The translations under genes were made by a program, and so were the position numbers. From Octopus vulgaris (lineage: Eukaryota): a DNA stretch of 64,000 bases. Every line of letters begins with the position of its first letter. The first letter of the stretch is position 1. Shown in pieces: positions 1 through 13,365 of this stretch. The stretch spans positions 77,562,001 to 77,626,000 of the forward strand of contig OX597830.1 of the NCBI GenBank assembly GCA_951406725.2. The letters are read 5' to 3'. A model generated the notes under the pieces. That model was not told the DNA's origin. It saw only the letters and a program-made list of their open reading frames with translations, and ran no database searches.

Positions 1-177
1 TGGCATAGAAAAAAGTCTATCTTTATTTCTCTTGCTGGTGTCTCAAATGTATGTTAAATCAGTGTTTCTCAAAGGGGAGGCCTGTGGGACGGTCGGACAA
101 GTTGCTTTGGGAAAATTTTGTTTAAATGTTTGACAACTCAGCCAGCGTCCATTGGACGGGGGGGGGGCGTTTTGCTC

Positions 178-289
<112 letters not shown>

Positions 290-319
290 CACATACACAA
301 CGACACACACGCACACGCA

Positions 320-850
320 TCTTTTATCTTTTACTGATTTCAGTCATTTGAATGCGGCCATGCTGGTGCACCGTCTTGAAGGGTTTTTGTTGAACAAATA
401 TACTCTAGACTTCCTTTTTTTTTAAGCCTAATACTTATTCTCTGGGATCTATGTTGCCGAACCGCTAAGTTAAGGAGACCTAGACACACCAACACTATTT
501 GTCGAAAGATGATGGGAAACAAGCACAGTCAGAAATACACACATACAAACACAGATACGAGCACATACATATGTATATATATATGACATGCTACTATCTG
601 TTTCCGTCTACCACTCACAAATCTACTCACACGGCTTTGGTCGTCCCTAGGCTATAGTGGAAGACACACGCTGAAGGTGCGACGCAGTTAGGACTGAATC
701 CAGGAACGTGTGACAGGGAAGCGCAAACGTTCTTCTGGGGTAAGAAGTTTGCTGCCCAGCCAAATAGTTCTGGGTTCAGTTCCACTGCGTGGCATGTAGG
801 GTCGACCGACCAAAGCCTTGTGAGGGAATTGGTACAGGGAAACAGTATCG
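320..850. mobile_element. SINE family A: decayed minus copy (320-715) plus partial plus-strand head (735-850)
   Basis: Similarity to 5144-5590. Confidence 0.75.
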
Positions 851-1034
851 TGTATCGTGTCGAATATATACATATATACGTCCCTGTAATTTAGCGTCAT
901 ATATATATATATATCAGCAATAAACACAATAACGAAAACAACACGGGAGGGACAACAGAAGCATAAATAAGCTTTATTGTAAGGCTATACGTACATTCAC
1001 ACATACCTTTGTATTCCTTTCTACTCCAGGCATA

Positions 1035-1180
1035 CGCCCCGAAATTTCGTGGGTGGGGAGGGCCAGTTAATTAGATCGACTCCAATACGCAACTAGTACT
1101 TAGTTTATCGATTCACCCCCCGCCGAAAGGGTAGAAGGCAAAGTCGACCTCGGCGGAATTTGAACTCAGAACGTTGCGAC
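1035..1180 (-). mobile_element. SINE family B fragment
   Basis: GAAGGCAAAGTCGACCTCGGCGGAATTTGAACTCAGAAC. Confidence 0.8.
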
Positions 1181-1373
1181 AGAGGAAATAACAAATACAT
1201 TTATATTAATACATGTACGTGGGTTTGCATGTATATGTATGCTCATGATTGTGTAAACACACACACACACATACACACACACATATACGTATATATATTT
1301 GTGTGTATATATCTATATATATTTACATATATACATACATATGCATATATATTTAGATACAAACACACACACA

Positions 1374-1414
<41 letters not shown>

Positions 1415-1849
1415 GAATGGAGTTGAACGACGAATTAACAAAATTCTCTGATGTGAATTTGCTACCCAGGTATCGGTTAACCGAATTATCCATAACAAGA
1501 TAATTCATTCTACTACTTATATATATATATATATATATGCTCGCATGGGTGTGTATTTGTGTGTTTGGGGTATGTGGGCGTGTGTGTGTGTGTCTGTGCA
1601 TGTGTGTGTGTACCTGTCTGTAGTTCCATTTGTCATTCGTCGAGATAATTATCGTTCTTTTAATCTATATAGTCTTCTGCCTATCTTTTCATCTAACGGC
1701 TCTTCACCCTCAGTATCGCCGTTTCTTTCACTTTACATATATGCATACATACATACATAAATACATACATACATACATACATACATACATACATACATAC
1801 ATACATACATGTATATACACACACATATGTATATATACATACATATACA

Positions 1850-1890
<41 letters not shown>

Positions 1891-2419
1891 GTGTACATAC
1901 ACTCACAGACACACATGTATGTATACGACACGTTGACGTGTATTTGTATGATATTTGATTCGCATCATCACAGATACATACACTAACTCACATATACACG
2001 CACGAATATATATATATACATACATATAGAATTACTAACATAAATATACTCATATTTATATTATACGGTTGTAAATAAGTACACACACACACATGCGTTC
2101 GGACATAAACATATATTATGTATATGTACATGTATGTATGTATGTATTATCTGGGCGTGTGTGTATACGTGAGAGTTTGTATGTGTGGATGTGGATGCTG
2201 TTGTTGCTTGCTTGTAGGTGTGTGTAGACGGGTGTGTTTGTGTGTTTGGGCTTCAGTTGCTGTTCTTTTGTTAATGAAATGCAAGGAAAGAAGGAGAGAG
2301 AGAGAAAAAAAATATGTCTGCCGTATATTGTATAGTGAAGATTGATTGCAACATAGGGAAAAAAACACATAAGAGAGCGAGTTAGTAAAAACGAAACAGA
2401 TGACTATGAGGAAGGAAGA

Positions 2420-2469
2420 GAAAGAAAGAGAGAAAGGAAGAAAGAAAGAAAGAAAGAAAGAAGGAAGGA

Positions 2470-2520
<51 letters not shown>

Positions 2521-2581
2521 GAAGAAGGAAAGAAGGAAAGAAAGTAGGAAGGAAAGAATGAAGGAAAGAAAGAAAGAAGGA

Positions 2582-2629
<48 letters not shown>

Positions 2630-2650
2630 AAAAAGAAAGAAAGAAAGAAA
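2420..2650. repeat. (GAAA)n / (GGAA)n microsatellite
   Basis: Direct reading. Confidence 0.95.
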
Positions 2651-3079
2651 AGACTATGCAATATAAAATAGCACATTCGTTTACATAGAGACACCTCGCT
2701 ATCTGTTTCGAAATCACCATTCGTTTTTCTTTTGCTTTCTTTTTTTTTCCCTATCGTACAAACACACAAATACACATACAAAAATACGTACACATATATA
2801 TACATATATATATATATTCATATAGCATGGAGCATAGAGAACAGAGCACAAGGACCCATCAATGAAAACAGATATAGGGCTCCTGAAATTGTATACTTGT
2901 CATGAAACAGCCGAAAAAGTGTTAAGAGGAAACAAACGGGTGAAACGATGAGGGCGAAAACAGACAGATATCCCCCGCCTTCCTCCTCCCGCAATATGGA
3001 TGCCTGAGGACAGCCAAACAACAAACAACAACGACAACCACAACAACAACAAATATAACAACAATAACAATAATAAGCC

Positions 3080-3255
3080 TTTCTACACAAGGTCTGAGAT
3101 TTTGAGAGAGGGGACTAGTCGATTACATTGACCCCAGTGTTTTACTGGTATTTAATTTTATCGGCCACGGAAGGATGAAAAGCAAAGTCGACCGCAGTAG
3201 AATTTGATCTCAGAACGTGAAGACGAGCGAAATGCTACCAAGCATTTTGCGCTGG
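3080..3255 (-). mobile_element. SINE family B (diverged)
   Basis: Family B core and head. Confidence 0.78.
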
Positions 3256-3734
3256 CCAACAAAAAAATCTATGAGGTTCATAAAACTATGAAGTATACCG
3301 GAACAACAGTTCTGGAAGCTGGATAACATCTCATAACATCTCGTACATGCTCATTTTTAATCTTTGCATACTTGTCCGCCGAGGTTGACTTTGCCTTTGA
3401 TCCTTACAGGAACCATTGATAACAAACGGGTGAAAATCCCTGTTTGAGATCCTTGGCAACTATATCGTATTTTCAGAATTTTCGTTGAAAGTCGGTGCTT
3501 GGCTGTACATAACAGTGGATAATTTTCGGTGTAGGTTTGTTTTCACTCTTGTGCTTTAAACAATATATCTTCAATGATGTAGTCGAGCACTGGGGGAGAT
3601 GTAAACTATTCACTCCTTTCTCCGATTTTCCTGGCCTTGTGCCAAATTTTGAATCAAATCTTTGCATGCTTGAAATTTCCACGCTTTATACAGACCGCCT
3701 CATGTGCAGATAACATTACACATCCTGCCACCAG

Positions 3735-4330
3735 TCTCCAAGGACTGTTGCACAACTACTCTATTATCATCAAGATCATCACCATTAGTATCCTGGACAT
3801 CATTCTCTTGAGAGCTGGAAGTCAGAATACCAGTCCAGTTGCCTTGTTTCCGTGGCGTTTAAGGGACTGAGATCACAACATTCGCTCTGAAAGAGACGCC
3901 AATCCTTCGATAATGTTTCTGATCATCCCCACAAATATTTATTATACGTCTTTCATTTAGCTTATCTTTGTATATTTTGTGAATGAAAACGACCTTTTTG
4001 CCTGCACAGTTTGTGACAGACCATACCTGTGTTTTGCTGGACTCAAACCTCATCTGCGAACCCAGTGAAAACGAACCTCCACCAACTATTCTGCGTATAT
4101 GTCAGTGCACACCTTTGAATGCAGTATATATCAATAGGTTTACAAATCTAACGGAGGCCTCAAAAGACATTTTAAGATCCACAAATATCAGAACTTATCT
4201 ACAGCTTTTGGTGGTCCACATCGGATGTGTAATCTATGTGGGTATCTTTTCAGAAGATTGGTTTTAAAAGTCACATCAGATGCCATGACATGATGGTGCT
4301 AAGGTGTAGGAACTGGAAGTGGTCAGACTC
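3735..4330 (+). mobile_element. Probable RTE-type LINE 3' end with three decayed C2H2 zinc fingers
   Basis: FACTVCDRPYLCFAGLKPHLRT, FECSIYQ*VYKSNGGLKRHFKIH, CNLCG..GFKSHIRCH with stops and frameshifts; short 3' UTR ending in (TA)n. Confidence 0.6.
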
Positions 4331-4556
4331 AGCATAAAGAGTAGCCAACCAACATATATATATATATAATACTTGAGGCGGGGGGCTGCAACCGCCTATA
4401 TTGTTGATTCTGTTATTAACATTACACATGAAAATAACAAAATTAACGATATCTTCGCAAATTAATTTTTCGTGAAATATTTTCTTGTGAATTGTTTGGT
4501 CCTGTATCGATATATATATATGTGTGTGTGTGTGTATATATATATATATGTATATA

Positions 4557-5076
4557 CTACTAATATAGGATGAAGTTTTTTTCTCTACAGAAAAAAATTC
4601 CATCAAGAAATGTGGCAGCATATTAAAATACCTTTACGGTTAAAATTATAAACAACTTATAAGTAAGGGCTAAAAAAAAAAATATTTCAAAGCCAATATG
4701 CTGATGATAGACAATTAAATCGTCAATTTCCACATATAATCTACTCGCTACAGCAAAAAAAAATCGAAGAACTGAAGTCGGGCAAACTGACCGTTAGAAT
4801 TTCTAAATTTCGTTATCTCTATATTGAATCAATTTCGGAATTAATCTCATAAAAGATTTATTCGTCTTCAGTAGAGCTTACGAGAGAATATAAATAAGAT
4901 ACTTACATGCGCCAACGAAATTTAGAAATTCTAACGGTCAGTTTGCCCGACTTCAGTTCTTCGATTTTTTTTGCTGTAGCGAGTAGATTATATGTGGAAA
5001 TTGACGATTTAATAGTCTATCATCAGCATATTTCAAAATTTTCTTTTTTCAGCCCTTACTTATAAGGTTGTTTATA
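4557..5076 (-). mobile_element. Fold-back, (TA)n-embedded retroelement remnant (probable PLE pseudo-LTR with inverted copy)
   Basis: Inverted arms 4647-4814 and 4914-5076, a 99-nt loop containing the hammerhead, an unpaired ~90-nt tail 4557-4646, and TA repeats on both sides. Confidence 0.65.
4817..4876 (-). ncRNA. Type I minimal hammerhead ribozyme candidate (PLE-type)
   Basis: CUCUA-CUGAAGA-C-GAAUAAAUCU(UUUAUG)AGAUUAAUUC-C-GAAA-UUG(AUU)CAAU-A-UAGAG: 5-bp stem I, 9/10-bp stem II, short near-palindromic stem III, AUA cleavage triplet; C.C mismatch at the base of stem II. Confidence 0.75.
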
Positions 5077-5143
5077 TATGTATATACATATATATATATA
5101 TATATATTTTTTCTTCTTTTTTTATATGCAATACTTACCAATA

Positions 5144-5319
5144 GGCGCAGGAGTGGCTGTGTGGTAAGTAGCTTGCTTACCAGCTACATGGTTCCGGGTT
5201 CAGTCCCACTGCGTGGCACCATGGGCAAGTGTCTTCTTCTATAGCCTCGGGCCGACCAAAGCGTTGTGAGTGGATTTGGTAGATGGAAACTAAAAGAAGC
5301 TCATCGTATATAAGTGTAT

Positions 5320-5368
<49 letters not shown>

Positions 5369-5590
5369 GGGGGGGTATGTATATATTTGTGTGTCTTTGT
5401 CCCCCAGCATCGCTTGACAACACATGCTGGTGTGTTTGCGTCCACGTCACTAAGCGGTTCAGCAAGAGGGACCGATAGAATAAGTACTAGGCTTACAAAG
5501 AATAAGTCCTGGCGTCGATTTGCTCGACAAAAATCGGTGCTTCTGCATAGCCGCAGTCAAATGACTGAAACAAATAAAAGAATAAAGAAA
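5144..5590 (+). mobile_element. SINE family A (tRNA-derived head, internal TA/CA microsatellite, GTAAAAGA tail)
   Basis: Head GGCGCAGGAGTGGCTGTGTGGTAAG..GGTTCAGTCCC with A/B boxes; many copies in the window. Confidence 0.9.
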
Positions 5591-6466
5591 AGAAAGAATA
5601 CAAACATCTATAGCAAAATTTTTCCAGGGCCTCTTAAAATACTATCATATGTCCCCAATTTACAATTTTGTTGTGTGGACCCCTCAAAAATCTTATATGG
5701 ATCATCAGGACCATCAGGACCATATGGGCCCTAATTAAGAACCACTGGTGTGGACTGTCAAATGATGCACGAAATGTAGTAGCGACATCAAATAGTAAAA
5801 TTCTTTAGGTAAACAACTGGTAATGTGGAATAAAGAAATGATTTATTCTTGGTTCCAGTAAAAGAAAAACAGCTTACACGGGGATCATACATTTGAAGTC
5901 ATATATTATGTCTTTCTGTGGACACACCAACTTGAAATCTAGAGCAGATACGAATCAAAAAAAAATTTGATGCAGTTCGGTCAGATGCATTTGTTCTCTA
6001 CACAGAGAATATGAGAAAAAAAACATTTGTTTATATTTGTCGCAACTCACTGATTGCGCAAGTGTGTCGTTAATAAATGTGCACTTTGCATCGCACTGCA
6101 AATGTAATTCTCACGCATACGTGTAATCATACATAATTCTTACATACACACAAGCATACATACATGCATACATGCATTCATATATGCATGTATGCATTAA
6201 TGCATGCATGAATACATACATGCATTTTTACATATGTACATGCATACTAGTACGAGTATGTGTGCACATATACACGTGTTCGTGCAGTTGTACATGTATG
6301 TGTGTGTGTGTGTGCGTTTGTATGTGAGTGTGTCCGTCTGTTTGTCTGGACATGCATCTGAGTGTGTATGTGCGCGCGTTTATGTATGTTAGCAAAGAAT
6401 TTCAAGTTTGAATTAAGGCGAGTGAAGAAAGTAAAAACGAAGAATATCAGACGGAAAAGGAAGAAG

Positions 6467-6544
<78 letters not shown>

Positions 6545-6899
6545 ATGAAAGATAGAAAGAGAGAGAGAGAAAGAGTTAATGCATTAATGAATAAATGCAA
6601 GAAAGAAAAGGAAAAAGACGCAAAGAAGAAATGAACAAAGATGTATATGAAAGAATGAGAGGAAAGAAGATGAAGGATTGAACACAAACCGGAAGTGGAA
6701 CCCACATAGTAAAGTGAAATATTTAATATTGATTAATGGCAGAAGGAAGTAGTGGTAAAGGAACTAAAACTATTGGTTAATTAGCGATGGTAATTATGGT
6801 GGTGGAAGTGAAGGGTCTTCATAGTGTTTGGTACTGTCGGAGAAATGATGATGGTGGTAGTGGTGGTAGAGAGGGAGAACATTGATAGAGTTGTTGGTG

Positions 6900-7152
6900 G
6901 TATCGGCGGCGGCGGCAGCAGCAGCGTCAGTGGCGGTGGTGGTGGTAATGGTGGTGGTGGTGGTGGTGGTGGTGGTGGTGGTGTAGGTCATGATGGCTGT
7001 GGTGGCAGTGTATGGGTGATGGTGGTTTAGGTCGTGGTAACGGTGTAGATGGTGGTGATGTAGGTGATGGTGGTGTTGTTCTCGTGTTTGTAATGTTGAT
7101 GGTCGTAATGGTTCTTGTTGCTGTTATTAGTTCTGATGATGATGGTGATGAT

Positions 7153-7224
<72 letters not shown>

Positions 7225-7238
7225 GATGATGGTGGTGG

Positions 7239-7285
<47 letters not shown>

Positions 7286-7343
7286 GTGGTGATGGTGATG
7301 CTGCTGATGATGATGATGATGATGATGATGATGGTGGTGATGC

Positions 7344-7384
<41 letters not shown>

Positions 7385-7392
7385 ATGATGAC

Positions 7393-7443
<51 letters not shown>

Positions 7444-7457
7444 GATGATGGTGGTGG

Positions 7458-7493
<36 letters not shown>

Positions 7494-7510
7494 CGATGGT
7501 GGTGGTGGTG
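6900..7510. repeat. Compound (GGT)/(GAT)/(GCT) trinucleotide tract
   Basis: Direct reading. Confidence 0.95.
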
Positions 7511-7637
7511 GAATGACATGGGTGTATGATATGTGTGTGTGTCTGTCTGTCTGCGTGTCTGTGTGTGCGTATCATGGTTATGGTGGTAGTGCTGGTGTCG
7601 TGTTGTATGAGTGTGGTTGCGGTGTTAGGATTATTGT

Positions 7638-8005
7638 GTAAGAGCAAGCCATTCCTCACGGAGCAATCCTTTAACACACGAACAGTCGGTCGGATAACAG
7701 ATTCATCCTCCCGGTTTACACCCTGTCTCTTCCTGGCTAAGATCCACACGACACGATCTGGCTCAATCCGATTTGCTACAGTGAAAATCGCACGGGGTAT
7801 GGCGTGTCATTTTAAACATATTACATATTACATATTTCAAAAACCTTCTCGAGTCCTACCGACTCATAATGGCCGGTTTACCGGTTTCCATGTCGTATAT
7901 ATTTTCTACTTTGACGGGACGCCGGTCCTCAAGAGCCCAACGCATTGCCCGGTCCAGGAATCGAAACCACGAGTCTAACACCTAACCACTAAGTCACGCG
8001 TCTCT
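7638..8005 (-). mobile_element. tRNA-derived SINE (family E, single copy here)
   Basis: Minus-strand head GACGCGTGACTTAGTGGTTAGG..GGTTTCGATTCCTGGACCGGG. Confidence 0.6.
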
Positions 8006-8044
8006 ACTATGCGTATGTATGCGTTTATGGTATGTTTATGTCTG

Positions 8045-8395
8045 TGAACTACGGGATGTAGTCGAGCTTACGTATTTAGGTTGTAAGATAACGTTTTCAG
8101 GCGGCACCGACGAAGATATTAAGACGAGAATAAGTAAGACAAGGACCACTTTTCACCTGTTAAAGAAAGTCTGGAGCGCAAGTGTAATTTTAATAAAGAA
8201 CAAAATTAAAGTTTTTAATACTAATGTAAAAGCGGTGTTATTGTATGGGACTGAGACATGGCGAAAAACAGTTAAGTCAAATAAGCAAATACAATCATTC
8301 ATCAACAGATGCTTGCGTAGTATACTAAAAAATTAGATGGCCCGAACACATAAGCAATATGGAGCTATGGCAAAGAACAAATCAAATTTCGATTG
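8045..8395 (+). mobile_element. RTE-clade LINE fragment (RT thumb / C-terminal region)
   Basis: TYLGCKI..GGTDEDIKTRI..KIKVFNTNVKAVLLYGTETW..FINRCLRSIL, then a frameshift to IRWPEHISNMELW. Confidence 0.9.
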
Positions 8396-8399
8396 CCTC

Positions 8400-9085
8400 A
8401 CGATTTAGCTTGAAATATAGAATCGAGAGGAAACATTCTAACTTGAAACATATAGAATGATGACTAAAGATCGAGCTTAAACTACGCCGAATATCGGGAC
8501 TAAACATTTAGCGTCAAGTACACAGACTCAAGATTTTAAATTTCACTTGAAACATACAGAATCGCGATTAAAGATTTAACTTAAATTACACAGAAACCAA
8601 ACAAAAAATTTAGCTCCAAGCACGCAGAGTTACGATTAAAGATTTATCGTGAACACATAGAATTGAGATTAAAGATTTAACTTAAAGTACGCAGAAAACC
8701 AAACATTAATTTAGCAACAAGCACGTAGAGTTACCATTAAAGATTTATCATGAACACACAGAATTGCGATTAAAGATATAATTTAAAACACACAGTCGAG
8801 GCAAAAGATTTTTTATTGAAACACAGTATACTGATTAAAGATTTAATTTCGGAAATCTTTAGCTTAAAACAAAGAATTTAGATTGAAAACATAACTTCAA
8901 AAATGCGGAATTTAAACGAAAAAATTAGTTTGAAGTACACAGAAATTTGAATCAAGCCGTATCTTGAAGCACACAGAATTTACTCTGAACATTTAGCTTT
9001 CAACAAACGGAACCATGACGAAAGATTAAAATTCAGAAACAAAGAATTTGAAACGAGGATTTATGTCACAGCACAGACGGAATGA
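8400..9085. repeat. Degenerate ~34-nt minisatellite, about 20 units, with a 101-nt higher-order repeat
   Basis: Unit like GATTAAAGATTTAACTTGAAACACACAGAATTGC; three-unit block restarts at 8566, 8667 and 8768. Confidence 0.85.
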
Positions 9086-9496
9086 AAACAAAATATCCAG
9101 CATGGAGCATCGAGGGAATCGAAACTTCACCAAGATACCTACCCCCTGCAAAGTTGGACAACATTCATACAAATGCCTGCAATTTAGCACACCTCATAAG
9201 AGAGGTAAAAAACATAATTGTAAACAATGCAAAGCGTCATTATGAATTAATATTCAAACCACCAATGTAACTGGTTCGATGGTTATACTAGGAGGATTTA
9301 TGTGTTATACTAGGAGGATTTATGTGTTATGGCTGTTGTTTAACGAAGCATGTAATGAAATGGTAGATGGGAAATATCGAAAATGTCCTTTATAATTGAA
9401 TATAGAGTCAAAATGGAGTACGTGACGTGAGTAGAAATATGGACGCATTTTGATTGGTTAATACAAAATTAATACAAAAGGTTAGAACATACATGC

Positions 9497-9538
<42 letters not shown>

Positions 9539-9624
9539 TGTGTGTGGTGGAGTGTATGTATGTATATATTAATACATATATGTATCTGTCTGTCTATCTA
9601 TCTATCTCCCTCTCTATCTCTCTC

Positions 9625-9695
<71 letters not shown>

Positions 9696-9866
9696 ATATG
9701 TGTATATGTGTGTGTATGTGTATATATATATATAAAAATGTATATGTTTATATGTATGTATATATATTATATGTGTGCATATATTCATATATATATAGAT
9801 ATATATATAGATATATACAACCATCATGAATATATATATATATATATACATATATATATACATATA

Positions 9867-9902
<36 letters not shown>

Positions 9903-10453
9903 TGTATGTATGTATGTATGTATGTATGTATGTATGTATGTATGTATGTATCTATCTATCTATCTATCTATCTATATATCTATCTATCTATCTAGCCGAT
10001 TGTTTATTCTGTACGTCCATTCTATTGTTGTTTGTTCCTTCGAAGCCCTAACTCTCCACAAATTTAACATTTTAAAAAATTCTGGCTGCTGCTGTCTTAC
10101 GAAGTATTCATATCTTGTCGTTAAAAGTACGAAATGGGTAATAATAAACACTCGGCAACTGATGAGCGAGTTATCTTGTGATTTTTTAATTTTATTTTTT
10201 TTCCTGTACTTAATATGCATTTTCTATTTAACCGAATATATATCCGAATGGGGCAACACCCAGATTCTACTCGGGAGTACCCATCTATGATCATCTCTTC
10301 TCTCATTTGTAGACATCCATATACAGTAATATATATGGATAGTGAGTCTCTACGAGGTGTCATGCAAGCCTTCTTGGAGCTATAATTCAGCACAGGGTTA
10401 TTGGGTCCGCATAACAGTCATACTCGTCTACGAGGTGACAGCCATGTATGTAC

Positions 10454-10492
<39 letters not shown>

Positions 10493-10679
10493 GGTTCGAT
10501 ATAATCTACTTGCCCCTCCCTTAAAATTTCAGTTCTTGTGCCTATAGTAGAAATAATAATGATTACTATTGAGTGAGAGATCAGTACATGCCATCAAAGT
10601 GAAACTGTGTTAAAAATATGCAAAGCCCAATACAACCATTATGACCACTTGTCTGAGAAGGGTACACCAAGCATAGTCA

Positions 10680-11007
10680 TCAACTGGTACTTAATTTACC
10701 GACCTCGAAAGGATGAAAGGCAAAGTCGACCTCGGCGGAATTTGAACTCAGAACGTAACGGCAGACGAAATACCTATTTCTTTACTACCCACAAGGTGCT
10801 AAACACAGAGAGGACAAACAAGGATAGACAAACGGATTAAGTCGATTATATCGACCCCAGTGCGTAACTGGTACTTATTTAATCGACCTCGAACGGATAA
10901 AAGGCAAAGTCCCCCTCAGCGGAATTTGAACTCAGAACGTAAAAACAGACGAAATACCGCTAAGCATTTCGCCCGGCGTGCTAACGTTTCTGCCAGCTCG
11001 CCGCCTC
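10680..11007 (-). mobile_element. SINE family B, partial tandem dimer
   Basis: Two family B cores head-to-tail. Confidence 0.88.
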
Positions 11008-11011
11008 AGAA

Positions 11012-11969
11012 GAAAATTATTCAAACCCCCCAAACTTCCTCTCAACACATGGTTATGATGCTCCATAACAACCCCGAGGGAGTCGTGTGCAAGGTCATGC
11101 ACTGGCTTTCTTGATATAAGACCACCATGTCACGCACATATGGTTGTGATGCATGTGCCTAGTGTACCAGTATCAGATGAGTAGTGAATGTGGGTATATT
11201 AGGCTTCGTATATTTGTAACCCAGTGTCATTTTGATGACATGCACTGCCCTCTCACTCAATAATAAGACTAGTAATAATAATCAGATATGCTTATATTGT
11301 CAGCCCAAAATGGTCATACTCGGCTGGTTAAAGTCAAGAAACTGACAAGCAAATCTGCATTATTGAGGAAAATATTTGCTGTAAGACCTACTTTTACACC
11401 CAGACAAAGCATGTACATAGCACTTCCAATCAGTTACCATCACAAGCCACGAAATCCACTGTTTGGTACTGCAACAGGGCATTTAGTATCATTATTATTA
11501 TTACTATTATTAATATTATTATTGAGTGCATGCCATCAAAGTGACACTGGGTAAAATATACGAAGCCCAGTATACCCATTATGACTACCCGTCTGATAAG
11601 GGTACACTAAACACATGCATCACAACCATATGTGCGCGACATGGTGATCTTATATCAAGATAAACAGCACATGACCGTGCAGGTGGGTCCAGTTACGATT
11701 TTCTTCTGGTCGAGTAAATCATCCCACTCAAAAGGTCCCTGAATAAGGGTTGTTTAAGGATGTTGAACGAAACACCTATGTTTCCAGAGGTGAATTATTC
11801 AAACGCCAAAGAATCCCTCTCAACACACGGCTATGTTGCTTCCTCACTACTTCTGTTCATGATCAGAGATGCACATATCGTCAGCCACTGAGGGACATGC
11901 TCAACTGGTTAAAGTCAAACAACTGACAAGCAAATACGTGGTATTGAGCAGAATATTTGCTGTAGCCCA

Positions 11970-11970
<1 letters not shown>
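11012..11970. mobile_element. Rearranged cluster of the same (TAA)n-tailed element in mixed orientation
   Basis: Pieces 11012-11067 (-), 11088-11265 (+), 11285-11470 (-) and 11523-11970 (-) all match 60476-61020. Confidence 0.7.
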
Positions 11971-12035
<65 letters not shown>

Positions 12036-12218
12036 CATCATCATTATTTAAAATAGCTTGATTCCGGTCCATGTTCGTTTCGTAGGCTCCCTGCATAAAG
12101 CTAGGCCATCGGACTGAGGAGTATATGAGCGTGTGTGTATGTACATATGCACACGTACGTGCACAAAGACACAGGCACACACACACATATACGAGCGCAC
12201 ATGCGCGTCACTAATATC

Positions 12219-12289
<71 letters not shown>

Positions 12290-12919
12290 CTTAAACTGTG
12301 CATTGTCGGGGGTCCCAGATGAACCTACCTCACGACAGGAGACACAGATGCCGGCAGCGGCATCGAACTCCCTTGTTGACCAAGTGCCACGTATCAGAGG
12401 TGGATTCACATATTAGTGTAGCTCATTCAGCGGTGGTGCCCCAGCATGGCCGCGGCCTTCGGGCTAATGCATTTTTAAGGATTTAAGGATTTATCATATT
12501 TAAAGTATATACATCATGGTAAGCCTAACCAATTGCGTTGCTCGTCTTCATATAATGTCCCTCTTTGACGTACAGTCTTAAAAGACACACAGCTATATCA
12601 GTAGTAGACGGTGGCATTGCTAGATGCCTAATTCTGCCTCCTTGGGTTTTATCCCTGGCTGGCAACAACATACTTAGGCAAACTTATTTGTTACTGATAC
12701 AGTAAATCAGTGAACAATTTGAATATGTACATACATACATACATACATACATACATACATACATACATACATACATACATACATACATACAAACATAGGA
12801 AATGTGTGTATCTTTCGGTATATCCATAGATATGTCTCTAAGAATTAAAATAGATACGTAGACGCAGAGAAATCCAAGAGGGACGAGGGACCGACGGTAG
12901 ATAGATAGATAAATTGATA

Positions 12920-13323
12920 GGCGCAGGAGTGGCTGTGCGGTAAGTAGCTTGCTTACCAACCACATGGTTCTAGGTTCAGTCCCACTGCGTGACACCTAGG
13001 GCATATGTCTTCTACTATACACTCGAGCCGACCAAAGCCTTGTGAGTGGATTTGTTAGACGGAAACTGAAAGAAGCCCGTCGCATATATGTCTATATATA
13101 TATATGTATGTGTGTGTATATGTTTGTGTGTCTGTGTTTGTCCCTCCAGCATCGCTTGACAACCGATGCTAGTGTGTTTACGTCCCCGTCACTCAGCGGC
13201 TCAGCAAAAGAGAACGATAGAATAAGTACTAGGCTTACAAGGAATAAGTCCTGGGGTCGATTTGCTCGACTGAAGGCCGCTGTCAAAAGACTGAAACAAG
13301 TAAAAGAATAAAAGAGTAAAAGA
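12920..13323 (+). mobile_element. SINE family A
   Basis: Near full-length match to 5144-5590 and 46039-46437. Confidence 0.9.
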
Positions 13324-13334
13324 GGTAGATAGAT

Positions 13335-13365
<31 letters not shown>

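Noticed and set aside
4701-4730. CTGATGA inside the fold-back arm
   Set aside because: No GAAA or stem III follows; the candidate lies in the loop on the other strand.
8400-9085. CRISPR-like array
   Set aside because: Units are contiguous and degenerate with no unique spacers; eukaryotic context, no cas genes.
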